A DNA stretch of 64,000 nt from Flaccisagitta enflata (Eukaryota): the NCBI GenBank assembly GCA_965153355.1, contig OZ231126.1, positions 42,098,001 to 42,162,000 of the forward strand, in the 5' to 3' direction. A model generated the notes under the pieces. The model was not told the origin of the DNA. It did no database searches and saw only the letters and a list, made by a program, of their open reading frames with translations. Below are positions 12,482 through 26,000 of this stretch, in pieces. The translations under genes were made by a program, and so were the position numbers. How positions within the stretch are numbered: the stretch's first letter is position 1; each line of letters opens with the position of its first letter.

Positions 12482-12559
12482 AATCTGCATAGAGTGGACG
12501 GGAGGTGACAAGTGAGTGATAGGGGTGGTGAATGAGTGGAAGGAGTGACATTGAAAAAA

Positions 12560-13735
12560 ATGCGAATTGAGTCAAGGAAAGTGTTGAAAAGGGCCGTTAG
12601 TGGAAAGGGCTCTCCGTTATTCCTGTCTAAAAATGCTTACGAAATCGGAAAATATTTAAAGAGGAAAGGATTTGATGTGGAGCAGAGTGAAATACGGGAG
12701 TACCTAGCAGAGCAAAAAAGCAGTGACATAGTAATAAAAAACAACAGCGAGAAAAAAATAAGTGAAGTGTCTCGACCAGTAATTCTCCCTCCCAACTACT
12801 TTGAATGGTTGAACGTTGATTTGTGTTATTTGAGCAGAGATCGTGGCTATGGAAGCTCAAGTACTAGATACATTTTGGTCCTAATGTGCGGATTATCATT
12901 GTACACGTACTATGCGCCTTGTTCTGGGACTCGGAGTTCATTTGTTATAAAGAGTTTTCAGAGTATTTTCGACAGGTCCCCGTTTGTCCCAGAGCGATCA
13001 AAGAAGGTGTGGGGGGATTTAGGAATTGAATGGAGGTCGGTTGAAATTTCTCAATTTTTCAAAAAAAATGGCCTAAAATTCTACGGCATTCTTCCACGTC
13101 GGCTTGAGCGGAAGGGGCGTGGCAATGTATACGCCGAGCAAAGCATAAAACTTTTAAGACAATTTTTAGAGTCGTATCAAAGGGACGTTGGGAATGATGT
13201 GCCCTTTGCCCAAAAACTGTTGGAAATCGAAACAGCGGTTAATTCAAAGCCAAGGTCGAGTTTGAATGGAATGTCAAGCCGAGATGCTCTAAATGAAGAC
13301 CCACTTCATATACGGAATATAAAGGCGAGTAACCGCTTTCGGCGACGGAAAAGTTTGAGAAAGAATGTGATTAGCCCAGCAAAGTTACCCTTGTTTGCAA
13401 TTGTGCGTGTAAGAAAATTTGCAAAAAAAGATGGCCTAGGTGCAAAGGAGTCTCATGGGTCAATTTCAAGGAACTACTACTGCGTTATAGACGTTGAAAA
13501 TTATGACCATGTGGATTACCATTTGCTGGCAAGCGTGTTTAACTTGAAAAAAGTGAGTGATTCTAAGTTTAGTTATGCAGAATTGAAATTCTACCCCGAA
13601 ATGACTGTACCCAAAGCCCGATATTACAATGTTTTGAACAATTCTGAAATTGTTAAGCGTGACAATAATTATGTATATATGAAGCCCGATTATTGTGATG
13701 AAACGTTTTACGCTGCTAAAGATGCTTTGAAATAA
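12560..13735 (+). CDS. Retroviral-like DDE integrase (Maverick c-integrase), intronless
   Basis: WLNVDLCYL...YILVLMCGLSLYTY (D1), VWGDLGIEW (D2) and VYAEQSIKLLR (E, 39 residues between D2 and E). VNSKPRSSLNGMS matches YNxxxHSSIGMxP, and AIVRVRK matches GDxVRI. Confidence 0.9.
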   Translation: MRIESRKVLKRAVSGKGSPLFLSKNAYEIGKYLKRKGFDVEQSEIREYLAEQKSSDIVIKNNSEKKISEVSRPVILPPNYFEWLNVDLCYLSRDRGYGSSSTRYILVLMCGLSLYTYYAPCSGTRSSFVIKSFQSIFDRSPFVPERSKKVWGDLGIEWRSVEISQFFKKNGLKFYGILPRRLERKGRGNVYAEQSIKLLRQFLESYQRDVGNDVPFAQKLLEIETAVNSKPRSSLNGMSSRDALNEDPLHIRNIKASNRFRRRKSLRKNVISPAKLPLFAIVRVRKFAKKDGLGAKESHGSISRNYYCVIDVENYDHVDYHLLASVFNLKKVSDSKFSYAELKFYPEMTVPKARYYNVLNNSEIVKRDNNYVYMKPDYCDETFYAAKDALK

Positions 13736-13821
13736 CGCTGTATATAATGTGCTGTGGATTTTAGGTGATTGAGAGAAGATTGAAAATCGAATTGTGATTG
13801 GAAAAAAAAACTAGAAACATA

Positions 13822-14307
13822 ATGCTGATAAACGCGGTACCTCTTTGGAATTCAAGTTTGGTCGATTTGGTTGTACCAAATGGAACTGTTGGCGATTGGA
13901 TAAACAAGACGGATTGGAGTGATGATTTCTCGGCGAATGGTGTGGCAAATTGGACGACTACACAGTCATACGGTGGTAGTGACGGCTACGACGGTGTAGG
14001 TGGTGGTGACAGCGGAAGTAGTGGTTTTTGGTGGGAGCAGGAAGGCGGAGGTGAAGATCCTCCAGTCGTGAAGTTTGGGCCGGATATTGGCCTATTGCAA
14101 GCCGTTGGTGTTTACGTGAACTTTTTGTTGTTTGCGGCTGCGTTGGTGTTGGTGGTGGCGGTCGTGTGTAGGTGTGTGACGGCGAAGGTCCGGCTTAGTT
14201 TGAATCGTCGAAGTGGTCCCGAGATTGCATTCCAGTTTGGTGCCGACAGACGACGCGGTGACGAGAATGGAGACCGTGCAGGAGATCCAAATCGACTCGC
14301 GATCTAA
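13822..14307 (+). CDS. Small single-pass membrane glycoprotein
   Basis: Four N-X-S/T sequons (NSS, NGT, NKT, NWT), a hydrophobic stretch VGVYVNFLLFAAALVLVVAVV, then CRC and basic KVRLSLNRR. Confidence 0.7.
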   Translation: MLINAVPLWNSSLVDLVVPNGTVGDWINKTDWSDDFSANGVANWTTTQSYGGSDGYDGVGGGDSGSSGFWWEQEGGGEDPPVVKFGPDIGLLQAVGVYVNFLLFAAALVLVVAVVCRCVTAKVRLSLNRRSGPEIAFQFGADRRRGDENGDRAGDPNRLAI

Positions 14308-15136
14308 CGGGTGTTATCTGAAAGAAACGAGTGGTTTTCATATGAATCTCCCTGGATTATATCCTGATTCTGGAGGTAAAAAGGACTTGTATGTGAATGT
14401 GACTGATTTTAGACTCCCGACTATCGAAAAGAGGCTTACTTTTTCAATGTATTATGGTTTTGATACGACTGAAATACAGGTGGAATCTGTAAAGGAGTAC
14501 AGTTTTGTGTTTAGTAGTTTTAATGAATTTGCTCAGCAATTGAGATGTGCCGTTTTTAATGATTTTTTGTACAAGAGTAAATGTGTTAGAAATAAAGAAG
14601 ACGAGCCGGAGAGTCGTGATAAAGGAAGGAAAGATGAAGTAGAGACTGTATTTTCGTTGCGTTTTGTAGATGGTGCATTTGAACTAATGTTGGATGAGTA
14701 TTGTGTACTTTTTGCCTCTGTTAACTTGTTTGAATTTATGGGATTTAAAGCGGAAGTATCTGATGGTAAAAGTGGAAAGAATGGAGACAAGGTTTTGGTA
14801 CCCAGCAGTGGTGCTGATACGATGAAAATATGCAAACGTTTGACCTGTGGTACTCCAGTGCACTTTTTAAATGAATCGGATAGGGTGTGTCATTTAGTAA
14901 TTGACAGATGCGTAGAACCTGCTGTATATTTCAATGGTGGTAGATATGGAGTTGTATGTAGTTATGATTTGATGGAGCGGAAGCTTATGTCAAATTATAA
15001 GCGTTTTAGTTACGCTGGAATGCGCAGTATTAGCTTTTCTGTGTTAAATAATGATTTTAAGGCTTTTGATTTTGGCTGTTGTTTAAAGTCTCAGTCTTTG
15101 AGGTTTGTATTGAATATTGTTAAAAAAATTGATTAG
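14267..15136 (+). CDS. Minor capsid protein (penton, single jelly-roll; PX-like), intronless
   Basis: The N-terminus IQIDSRSN...SGFHMNLP...LYVNVTDFRLP and C-terminus VCHLVIDRCVEP...NYKRF...RSISFSVLNNDFKAFDF...LRFVLNIVK follow the Maverick penton pattern (xTLPSNSS...NFxxxLP...WEVALxEIxYP; YVYxDIVEP...YVPV...TIEIxIxDxxG...VxLHFRR). Confidence 0.8.
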   Translation: METVQEIQIDSRSNGCYLKETSGFHMNLPGLYPDSGGKKDLYVNVTDFRLPTIEKRLTFSMYYGFDTTEIQVESVKEYSFVFSSFNEFAQQLRCAVFNDFLYKSKCVRNKEDEPESRDKGRKDEVETVFSLRFVDGAFELMLDEYCVLFASVNLFEFMGFKAEVSDGKSGKNGDKVLVPSSGADTMKICKRLTCGTPVHFLNESDRVCHLVIDRCVEPAVYFNGGRYGVVCSYDLMERKLMSNYKRFSYAGMRSISFSVLNNDFKAFDFGCCLKSQSLRFVLNIVKKID

Positions 15137-15185
15137 ATCTGAATTTGTATTGATGCTATTGATTATTGTGAAAAAAAAACTTCAG

Positions 15186-15627
15186 ATGGCAATTTCTACT
15201 GATGCGCTACAAGCCATTGCTGTTAAAATGCGTGGAAATTTGCAAGAGGGAATAAAGTCGACTACAACAGAAACTAGTGATGCTTTGGAGACTTATAGGG
15301 AAGATATGAAAACTATGGAGAAAAATGAAAAGAAAGAAAGAAAAAAAAAACCCAGTCGGTGGAGTGAAAAAAAAGGATTTGAAGAAACCGAAAAAAAAGG
15401 AAACTGTGAAAAAAAAGGCAGCAAAGAAGGGAACTATGGCAAAGAAGTCTGGTTCGAAAGCTGGGAGTAAACGGAAGAAGAAAACTAAGAAAGAGAAGTC
15501 GACAAAGAAGATGAAGGTGGATGAGGTGTCTGACGCTTCAAGTAGCAGCTCTGATTCGTCGTCAAGCTCTTCGTCTTCTAGTTCTAGTAGTGAGAGCGGG
15601 TCCAGTGACAGTAGTGACTCCGAGTAA
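15186..15627 (+). CDS. Lys-rich, Ser-tailed basic protein (H1-tail/core-protein-like); apparent frameshift in the A10 run at 15341-15350
   Basis: ORFs 15117-15470 and 15325-15627 join into one frame if one A is removed. It contains KKPKKKETVKKKAAKKG and a poly-Ser/acidic tail. The ATG sits immediately after a ttcag acceptor. Confidence 0.6.
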
Positions 15628-15749
15628 AATTTGTTGTGATTGATGTAAAAATGACAATGTATTGATTAAGTTTGTTAGTCGTGTTATTTGTGAATGTATA
15701 TAAATATTGTATATACTATATATGCAGGTTTACCCACCAATAAAAGAGA

Positions 15750-17120
15750 ATGTTTGCCGGTTTGCCTACCACTCACGTGCACGCGTCAATGTGCAAAAAA
15801 AATTTCTGGTTTTGTATTCTGTTGGAGGCGTGGGCAAGGGGGAAATACCCCGGGAAGGAGTATGTTCTTCAGATGATCGACGAAGTGGAGCAATTCATCA
15901 ACGGGCTGAACAACAATTGCATAGAACATTACAGGCTGATATGTGTACCGCTGAAGGACGGCGCCGATGGCAAGGAAGGCGAGGATCGCAAAAAGCCACC
16001 GAGAATCGCATTGGATGATTACGGTGGTGCCGTGTGGAGATACGAGAAGACAGACTCTGAAAACTCACTTGCGCTGACACGTGGTCCACTATCGTCATTG
16101 GAGGACCCGAATGCATCCGGTGTTGCGGCGCCCGAGGGGACGTCGTACTCATTGACGAAGATGGCGGCCTACGTGAAGGGGGTGATGGCGGTTGGTTCGA
16201 AGGTGTACAGTGAGTGCGTCCGTGTTGCGGGTAGGAAGAGGAGGATTGACAAGGAGTGGGAGTTGAAGTCGGCGGAGTTTGAAGTAGAGGGCCAGGTGAT
16301 GAACGCGAGCGACGAGCCCGAAAGGTTCAAACGGAGGAGGATTGATCAGCAGTGGCATGGGCGCATGGATGAATGGCAGCGCGAAAAGCGGCAATGCCAG
16401 AGGCTTTTTGAGAAGTGGAGGTCGGTGAAGGCCTGTGGTAGTGGTGCGATTGGCGGTGTAGGCAACATCGACAACGGCGACGACGACGATGTCGACGATG
16501 ATGGCGACGTTGTCGGCGATGTCAGTGACAACAATAACGACGCCATCGACGTCGATGATGAAGATGTCGACGACAACGACGACGGTGTCAATGACGCCGA
16601 CGTGGGTGACGTGGATGTCGACGATGGCGTCAACGACGCCGGTGGTGAAGATGGCAACGACGGCGTCAACGGCGCCGACGTCAGTGGCGACAATGACGAC
16701 GACGGCGTTAACGGTGCCAGTGGCGACGATGGCAATGACGCTGTCGATGGCGTTGACGCCGGTGGTGAGAATCGCGACAAAGAATACGGTGAAAGATTAA
16801 TGGAGAAGGCGCTGGCATATGTCAACGATGGCAATGAGGTATGGGTGGCGATGTCGGCGGAAACATGGGAGATGGCGATGAATCTGGTGGTCCCTAGCAA
16901 CGTCGACAACGTCGGTGGCGATGGTGGTGGCGTTAACAACGACAACGCCGACGCTGGTGGTGAAAATGTCTACGTCTACAACCGCGACGTTGACAACGAC
17001 AATGCCGATGCTGGTGGTGAAAATGTTTACGATGGCAACCGCGACGTAGACAACGACAACGCCGATGTTGGTGGTGAAAATGTCTACGTCTACACCCGCG
17101 AAGATTTGTTGCGGGAGTGA
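15750..17120 (+). CDS. Hypothetical protein with long Asp/Asn/Gly-rich repeats
   Basis: 456-aa open frame with a globular N-terminal part, NLS-like RKRR/KRRR, and acidic repeats (DNDNADAGGENVYxxNR x3). Confidence 0.7.
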   Translation: MFAGLPTTHVHASMCKKNFWFCILLEAWARGKYPGKEYVLQMIDEVEQFINGLNNNCIEHYRLICVPLKDGADGKEGEDRKKPPRIALDDYGGAVWRYEKTDSENSLALTRGPLSSLEDPNASGVAAPEGTSYSLTKMAAYVKGVMAVGSKVYSECVRVAGRKRRIDKEWELKSAEFEVEGQVMNASDEPERFKRRRIDQQWHGRMDEWQREKRQCQRLFEKWRSVKACGSGAIGGVGNIDNGDDDDVDDDGDVVGDVSDNNNDAIDVDDEDVDDNDDGVNDADVGDVDVDDGVNDAGGEDGNDGVNGADVSGDNDDDGVNGASGDDGNDAVDGVDAGGENRDKEYGERLMEKALAYVNDGNEVWVAMSAETWEMAMNLVVPSNVDNVGGDGGGVNNDNADAGGENVYVYNRDVDNDNADAGGENVYDGNRDVDNDNADVGGENVYVYTREDLLRE

Positions 17121-17505
17121 TAAAATGAATGGGAGAAAGCATGTAACAATTGATTTTGATTGAGTAATTATAAACTTTGCATTTGTACAGCCGAAATGGT
17201 TAAAAATTGGTGGCTTATCTTCTCAGGTCAGAAGGTTCAACTAATTTAAACCCCTCGTTCAGACATGAGTAGAGCCTCATTGATTTTGATTTTATACTTT
17301 TTGTGTATTGGATTGTATTGACTAATTACCGTTATGGTTTATGGTTTCAAATGTTACGCTTACAAATGTGGTGTTAAAAATGTCTATTTTTAATATGCAA
17401 ATATCATTAGATTGACGAGAAATTGTGTGGAAATTGACATTGGTTATTAACGTTACTGCATTAAACACTGTGGACTGTATTTTTGGAAAGAGAACGCGGT
17501 GGAAA

Positions 17506-18360
17506 ATGGGAAGCAACATATGTGATGGTGTAGAGAGTTTGGCACACATGAAGGTGGGTGGTGTGGTGGTGGGTGTGGGAGGCGAGACAGATGGTGATGC
17601 AAAGGTGAGGTGCGACCAGGACGATGTGAACAAATTTGCATCTGGTGGGCTTTGGTGTGAAGGTTACGAGGGATTGGAGGAATGGGTGTCGCGACTAACA
17701 ATGGATGAAGAAAAGTTGGAGGGTACCGAGGTGGTGATGGTGGATGACGGTGCGTGTGAACCGAACCAAGTGAAACCCGATAGCGCAGTGGGAGGGCAAG
17801 TTGAACCAGACTTGTCAAATTCGGTCCACGTCGTTACCGCATGCTGTACCTGTACGGATTTCTGCTTCTGTGCAACATCGCACACTTCTGCGTCGACTCC
17901 CTCTTCATCTTCTGCTGCTACTTCGTCCGACCAAGGACACGCAAAAGACGGGGCGTGCGCGATGGATGACGTGGAAAGCGACGCGGAGACGGATACGATG
18001 GTGTTGTTGGATACACCAGTGACGACTGGAGGTCCAATTCACGAGTGGGCGGAGATGACCCGTAGATTCGCTGCGTCGGCGTCGTCCGAGTACGTACCCC
18101 TAACTCCGAGGAGACCGACAAAGGCCGAAATACTCGATTTTTTCGCCCATCATCATTGTCGATGTGCAGCTGCGAATTACGAAGAGTTGGACGGAACATG
18201 TGGTTATTGTACCAGTGGGCTGCGCAGACGAGTGAGGGACGAGTTGTGGCGAATGGCCTACGCAAAGAAGGAGGAAACCAAATGGATTAGTGCACGAAAG
18301 ACTCTATTTGATGACAGTGTTGGCGAAGATGATGAAGGGTGGCCCAAACCGATGGCATAA
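17506..18360 (+). CDS. Hypothetical protein with Cys/His clusters
   Basis: Open frame of 311 aa from 17425 (first ATG 17506). Contains CCTCTDFCFC and HHHCRC...CGYC, a possible Zn-binding site. Confidence 0.6.
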   Translation: MGSNICDGVESLAHMKVGGVVVGVGGETDGDAKVRCDQDDVNKFASGGLWCEGYEGLEEWVSRLTMDEEKLEGTEVVMVDDGACEPNQVKPDSAVGGQVEPDLSNSVHVVTACCTCTDFCFCATSHTSASTPSSSSAATSSDQGHAKDGACAMDDVESDAETDTMVLLDTPVTTGGPIHEWAEMTRRFAASASSEYVPLTPRRPTKAEILDFFAHHHCRCAAANYEELDGTCGYCTSGLRRRVRDELWRMAYAKKEETKWISARKTLFDDSVGEDDEGWPKPMA

Positions 18361-18591
18361 TTTCATTTACGTGACAATGGATGTATTTTTGTGGCCTTGT
18401 CTTTAAAGAGATGAAAAACTATGTAGATATGTATTTGTGTTATAAAATGAGATTATGAACATGGAATTTCTTTTTTTTTTCAGATTGAGCTTATATGCAA
18501 GAGATTGATTTGAATTGCTTCTTGGACATTCTCGGCCTGAAATAGAGACTACTTGTTACCTGAAAATTGACTGGCGTGATAAGGGGACAAT

Positions 18592-19188
18592 ATGGCTGGA
18601 CTGAAAGACGCAGATGATGGATTTGCCGTCAACAATCTGGACGCAGACGACTTTGGTGGCACTCAAGACGCCGATGCGCCACTGTCATGTGGGACATTGC
18701 CAATTGACGACGACGTTGGTGCGGATGTCGACGACGCCGGAATGACTAGCGACACCGACGACAGTGGAGCGTGTGGCGATGAGAAGGATATGCGTAATTT
18801 GACGAACGCGCAGTTGCAGTATGTGCCCTTGGAGGATAGAGTTGCGTGGTTGGAGAACGAGGTGGTGGTGATGAGGAGCGATGTGGAAAAAATGAAGTCG
18901 CGCATGGCCGACTTGATTGAAGTCACGAATGGGATGACGGCCCAGCCTGGAAATGAAGGGAGATCTGTGGTTACTGCGGCTGCTTTTGAGAAGATGGTGG
19001 ACGGTGCCTTGAAATCTGGGATGAAGTATGGGGTTAGTCGCAGTTACATCACACGTTTCGTTTGCGCAGAATTTGGGCAAATCAATAATCGTTATCTACA
19101 GAAGAAACTCGGCTTGCTTCTGAAGAAAAAGTTAACGACCAAGGAATATGTGTTAAACGATGCGCTGTACAGCATTAATGAGAAGTGA
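18592..19188 (+). CDS. Acidic N-terminus, coiled coil and C-terminal linker-histone H1/H5-like winged-helix domain
   Basis: FEKMVDGALKSGMKYGVSRSYITRFVCAEF...LQKKLGLLLKKKL...LYSI parallels the H15 pattern YxEMIxxAIxxLKERxGSSRxAIxKYIxxxY...IKxALKxLV...SFKL. Heptads in LEDRVAWLENEVVVMRSDVEKMKSRMADL. Confidence 0.65.
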   Translation: MAGLKDADDGFAVNNLDADDFGGTQDADAPLSCGTLPIDDDVGADVDDAGMTSDTDDSGACGDEKDMRNLTNAQLQYVPLEDRVAWLENEVVVMRSDVEKMKSRMADLIEVTNGMTAQPGNEGRSVVTAAAFEKMVDGALKSGMKYGVSRSYITRFVCAEFGQINNRYLQKKLGLLLKKKLTTKEYVLNDALYSINEK

Positions 19189-19310
19189 ACTGTTTGCTAC
19201 TGAAAAGATATGTTGTTGTGGTTTTTTCAAATAACATTTTAACGTTACAGAGAAAAAAAAGGCGATTGTTGGATGACACGAAGTAAAGTATAAGTAACAT
19301 TAGAACAAAG

Positions 19311-22163
<2,853 letters not shown>

Positions 22164-22319
22164 AAGCAGTTGGGCTTCGATGTAGAGATATTTTTGATTT
22201 GTATTGTGTAGAATACCAATGAAAATGTGTTATTGTTTTGAATTGCATACGAGTTGGGATTACTTGCATTTTTGTTAACTGTTTTTTTTTTTTTTTTTTA
22301 TGTTAGACAGTAATCGGCA

Positions 22320-22688
22320 ATGGCAAAAGTTAAACGGGACGCAAAGGGACGATATGTTTCCTGTGTAAAAAAACATTTGCGTGGGGTACGGAAGCGAGGG
22401 AGGAGGCGACGGAAGAAAGGGAAGAGGAGGCGGAGGCGGAGGAGGAGGGGTGGAAAGCGAACAAGAGGAAGAACGCGGAGAAAGCGACGAAATAAATACT
22501 CACTGCCTAGACCATCGGTCGTTGCAAAACACGGGTGTGTGATCTCAAATGGAGTGACAGTTACAGTGACACGAAAACGACAAAGTGGTGATTAAAATTA
22601 CATGTGTTCCAGGTTGGATAATTTGACGGACGATGAGGTGGCGTACCTCAGGCGTAAGGCGAATCGTGCATTCGAATCTCACATATGA
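22320..22688 (+). CDS. Arg-rich protamine-like core protein; probable exons 22320-22534 and 22613-22688
   Basis: RKRGRRRRKKGKRRRRRRRRGGKRTRGRTRRKRR. A phase-2 intron GTGTGT...TTCCAG joins to an open exon LDNLTDDEVAYLRRKANRAFESHI*; the unspliced ORF ends at 22595. Confidence 0.7.
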
Positions 22689-23002
22689 AGAAACAAAAAC
22701 TATGTGGGAGTTGCTACACTGGTGACACGTTAAGTGTGGTGCGATTCGGCCAATAATTGGACTATTTGTGGACCAACGAAGTGGAGTGACAAGTTGACAT
22801 GTGTGTCCTCATGTGACTCTCTACGTAATTGTGATAGTCGAGTGTATGTGACGCGTTGACATTGTTATATATTTTGATAAATGGCAAGTTTAATGGTGCA
22901 TTTTATGTGGTACTAGTGGCATGTACTGGGATAATGTTATGTTAAAAAGAATTTGTATGTCATTTAATTTCAGATTGAACATGAGAATTATTCGATTAGA
23001 AA

Positions 23003-26000
23003 ATGACATTTTCTCAAGGAGAGATAAACGCTATTATGCGTGATGAAAACGATATGAACACTGTGCTGTCTCGTGACTACTGTTCCACGATTCACCCAAC
23101 GTTAAGAAACAATTACCACAACGTAAAGAGTGCCCTTGTTTTCGCCCCTGGGAGATACACTTCAGAATTTGCAGTGAGAATTGCAAATCTGAGACCGGCA
23201 GAATTTGCCTTACGAAAGGACTTTTGGCCATCCAATTTTGAAACACACACAAACTTTCTCCGACTCGTGAAATCAATATTAATAACGCAGTTTGCCAATA
23301 CGAGAACATGTGTGGATATAAACTTCAGTATCTCACTGATAATTCTGGACGACGAGGACCCGTTTAATCCAGCTGGGACGTTCCTTTGGTCTAGTAGAAG
23401 TAACAATTCGTGCTTGGATCAGGCCTTCTTGATAGAAAGCCTGACCAGTCTAAACTACTTTGTTGACAACGTCGTGTCTCAGTTCTCAGTGGAAAACTAT
23501 TTACTAAAAAGCCTCGAAAGTCTAGAAAATAAGTATAATGGAGTCATTGTGCCCATAACGACTAATTTTTATATCACACTCAATACGGCAACAGTGTTTG
23601 GGGCCTCGGAAAGATGTGTAACAAGGTCTCTGAGTGACAATAACTGTGCTAACTCTGGAAAGTGTGACAAGGGGAACAATTGTGTGTGGCGGGCCCTTAG
23701 TGCGTTGATGACTTTGGACAAAGAACAATGGCCGGTACTCAGAAATAGTGCTAGAAAACGGACCAACCAAAAAATTGCAAGGAGGTTAAAGGCGCGATTC
23801 CTACAGTGGTATCGACACAACTATGGAAATGATAACTTTGTTGACCCAGTGAGTAGCCTAGGGTATGACTCTCGACTTCTACACGTGTTGGAAAAGTTCC
23901 TTGGAGTGGGGATAGTACTGGTGGAGCAAGTTAAACTGATAAAAAAAAAGGTCAGTTTTTATGGACTAGTTGACACTACGAAGGTGGCAAGATGCCTAAA
24001 AGTAAAATTTGCATCTAGAAAGAGATGCCCAAATACTATATTTTTGGCCTCTGATGGTCAATGTCACATACGCTCAGTGACAAATCTGCCTACTTTTGCA
24101 TACAAATACGTATGTAAAACATGCTCAAAGAGCTACAGATATGACCACGAGTTAAAGAAGCACAGGTGCAAAGATGTGAAATTTAGAGGGAGTGTAGTGC
24201 ACAAGTGGAATTGTTCGCTTTCAGTTGCTATTGAAAGGGCATTTGGCATGGAAAATGTGTTAAAAAGTGACACAAAATTTATGCATGTACTGATAAACGG
24301 GCTGGAAAGCGGAGGTGATGTTTCTGTAACGATGTGTTTTTCGTTACTAGGGGGTGATTACATGACCAAAACTGTGTCTGTCCCGGATTTGCGCTGTGCG
24401 TCGCAAGTAGTGACAACTAACTGCACAAAGGCGGCTTTGTTGGTGTTGGGTGAGAGATTGAAAAACAATTATTCGTTGTTGAAAAGGGTTGAAAACGATT
24501 ATCAGTCAGTGAGTATCAAATCTGACCCAGTGAAGGTTGAAAATTTGATAAAAGTTAAAAAGGGGCTTGTGGCCTTTCTGTCATCGTTTGCGTGCTACAT
24601 ACAAGTGGGGTGTAACGCCAATTTGACGACTAATGATGTAATGCACTCGTTTTTGGCAACGTTAAGCGACAACTACGATTGTGGTTCATTTGGCGTGAGA
24701 TTTGGAAAAAATGTGATACAAGGATTGGCAGTAAAAGGTAGCCCTGTGAAGTATGTGTCTCTAGCCGAATTTTCAACACAGTTTCGTGAATCTGAGGCCA
24801 GATACAGTCATGTAACAGAATGGGCCAACACGATTGAGAAATTTGAACAACATTTTGGACTGAATATAACAGGATTGAGTTTGGGCCAAATGGGCCATGA
24901 GTTGCTGGCAAACTGTTTGACAAATGTTGAACAAAGGATGTTTTTAACATCGCCTGTCGCCTTTCAGAAAAAAACTTATGATGTGAATGTACGATATGGC
25001 CTTCTATGTTCTGAGGGACCCAGTGTACTTACTCCAGAAACTGACTTTAAATCAGTGGCATCTTTAGACTTTTCACGTTTTTATTTTCATATTTTATGTA
25101 ACCCAGAAGAGAAAATAAGCGTCGGTTTGCCCATTCACTACAAGCAGGATGAAAGAGACAAAGTGTTTGTTGCGGAAAGAAATAGAAGGCGGAAAACGGT
25201 CGCTAATGTTTTCTTAAAGGTAATTGAAGTAGTTCTAGACACAACGGTGGTTTCTATGCACAACTCTCGTGAGGTGCGGTTTGATGGCAGGCCTGTAGAT
25301 GGCTATTTTTCACTCGGAGATGATGCGTTCATAGTCGAGATACAGGGCTGCGCAATTCACGGGTTAAAAAGTGGTGATAGTGATGACGATGATGACATGA
25401 GCATGCACAATGGAATATGTCACTTACCAAAAAACGTGATAGACGCGGAACATCCCGGACACATGCAGTCGTGTGACGTGTGTATTGCAAATAGTTCCGG
25501 AGAGTACAGCTATGTGCGGCCCAAGCTGTGGCGTCTGCGTGCACACGAAACAGTCGATTCAGTGCACTTTTACGACAAAAAACGAACCTATGGCGACATT
25601 TATGAATCAACGAGACAAAAGATCAAGAGCATTAAAGATGCAGGCTTTAAAGTTATTGATGTATGGGAATGTGACATCCTGAAGTTTTGGACCCGTCCTG
25701 TAGAGGATTTTTTTGCACGATGGAAACTATTAGTGAATGAGGCGTACAAGAATGTGCCCCTGGGGAAACTTATGGCAGAAATTTGCACACAAACGTTCCC
25801 GCTTTCTCTGCATCCCTACTTAACCGAAAGTCAAGTTCTGAAATATATAAAAGATGGCACGTTAAATGGTTATGCAACAGTGTCCTGTAAATTTGGGCCT
25901 ATGTCTCAAGCATTGCTAGGGAATGTTAAGCCATTTTTCATGAGAGGCAAAAATGGCGATGCCTACCAGACATTTGATATAGACGAGAAGTGCATCCCTG

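Noticed and set aside
16346-16945. Antisense and alternative-frame ORFs overlapping element genes (also 11913-12575 and 35210-37173)
   Set aside because: Shadows of low-complexity or repetitive coding sequence on the opposite strand.
18150-18220. TCGYC as a possible adenain catalytic Cys motif
   Set aside because: No upstream HW/D/Q protease motifs; better explained as part of a Cys/His metal-binding cluster.
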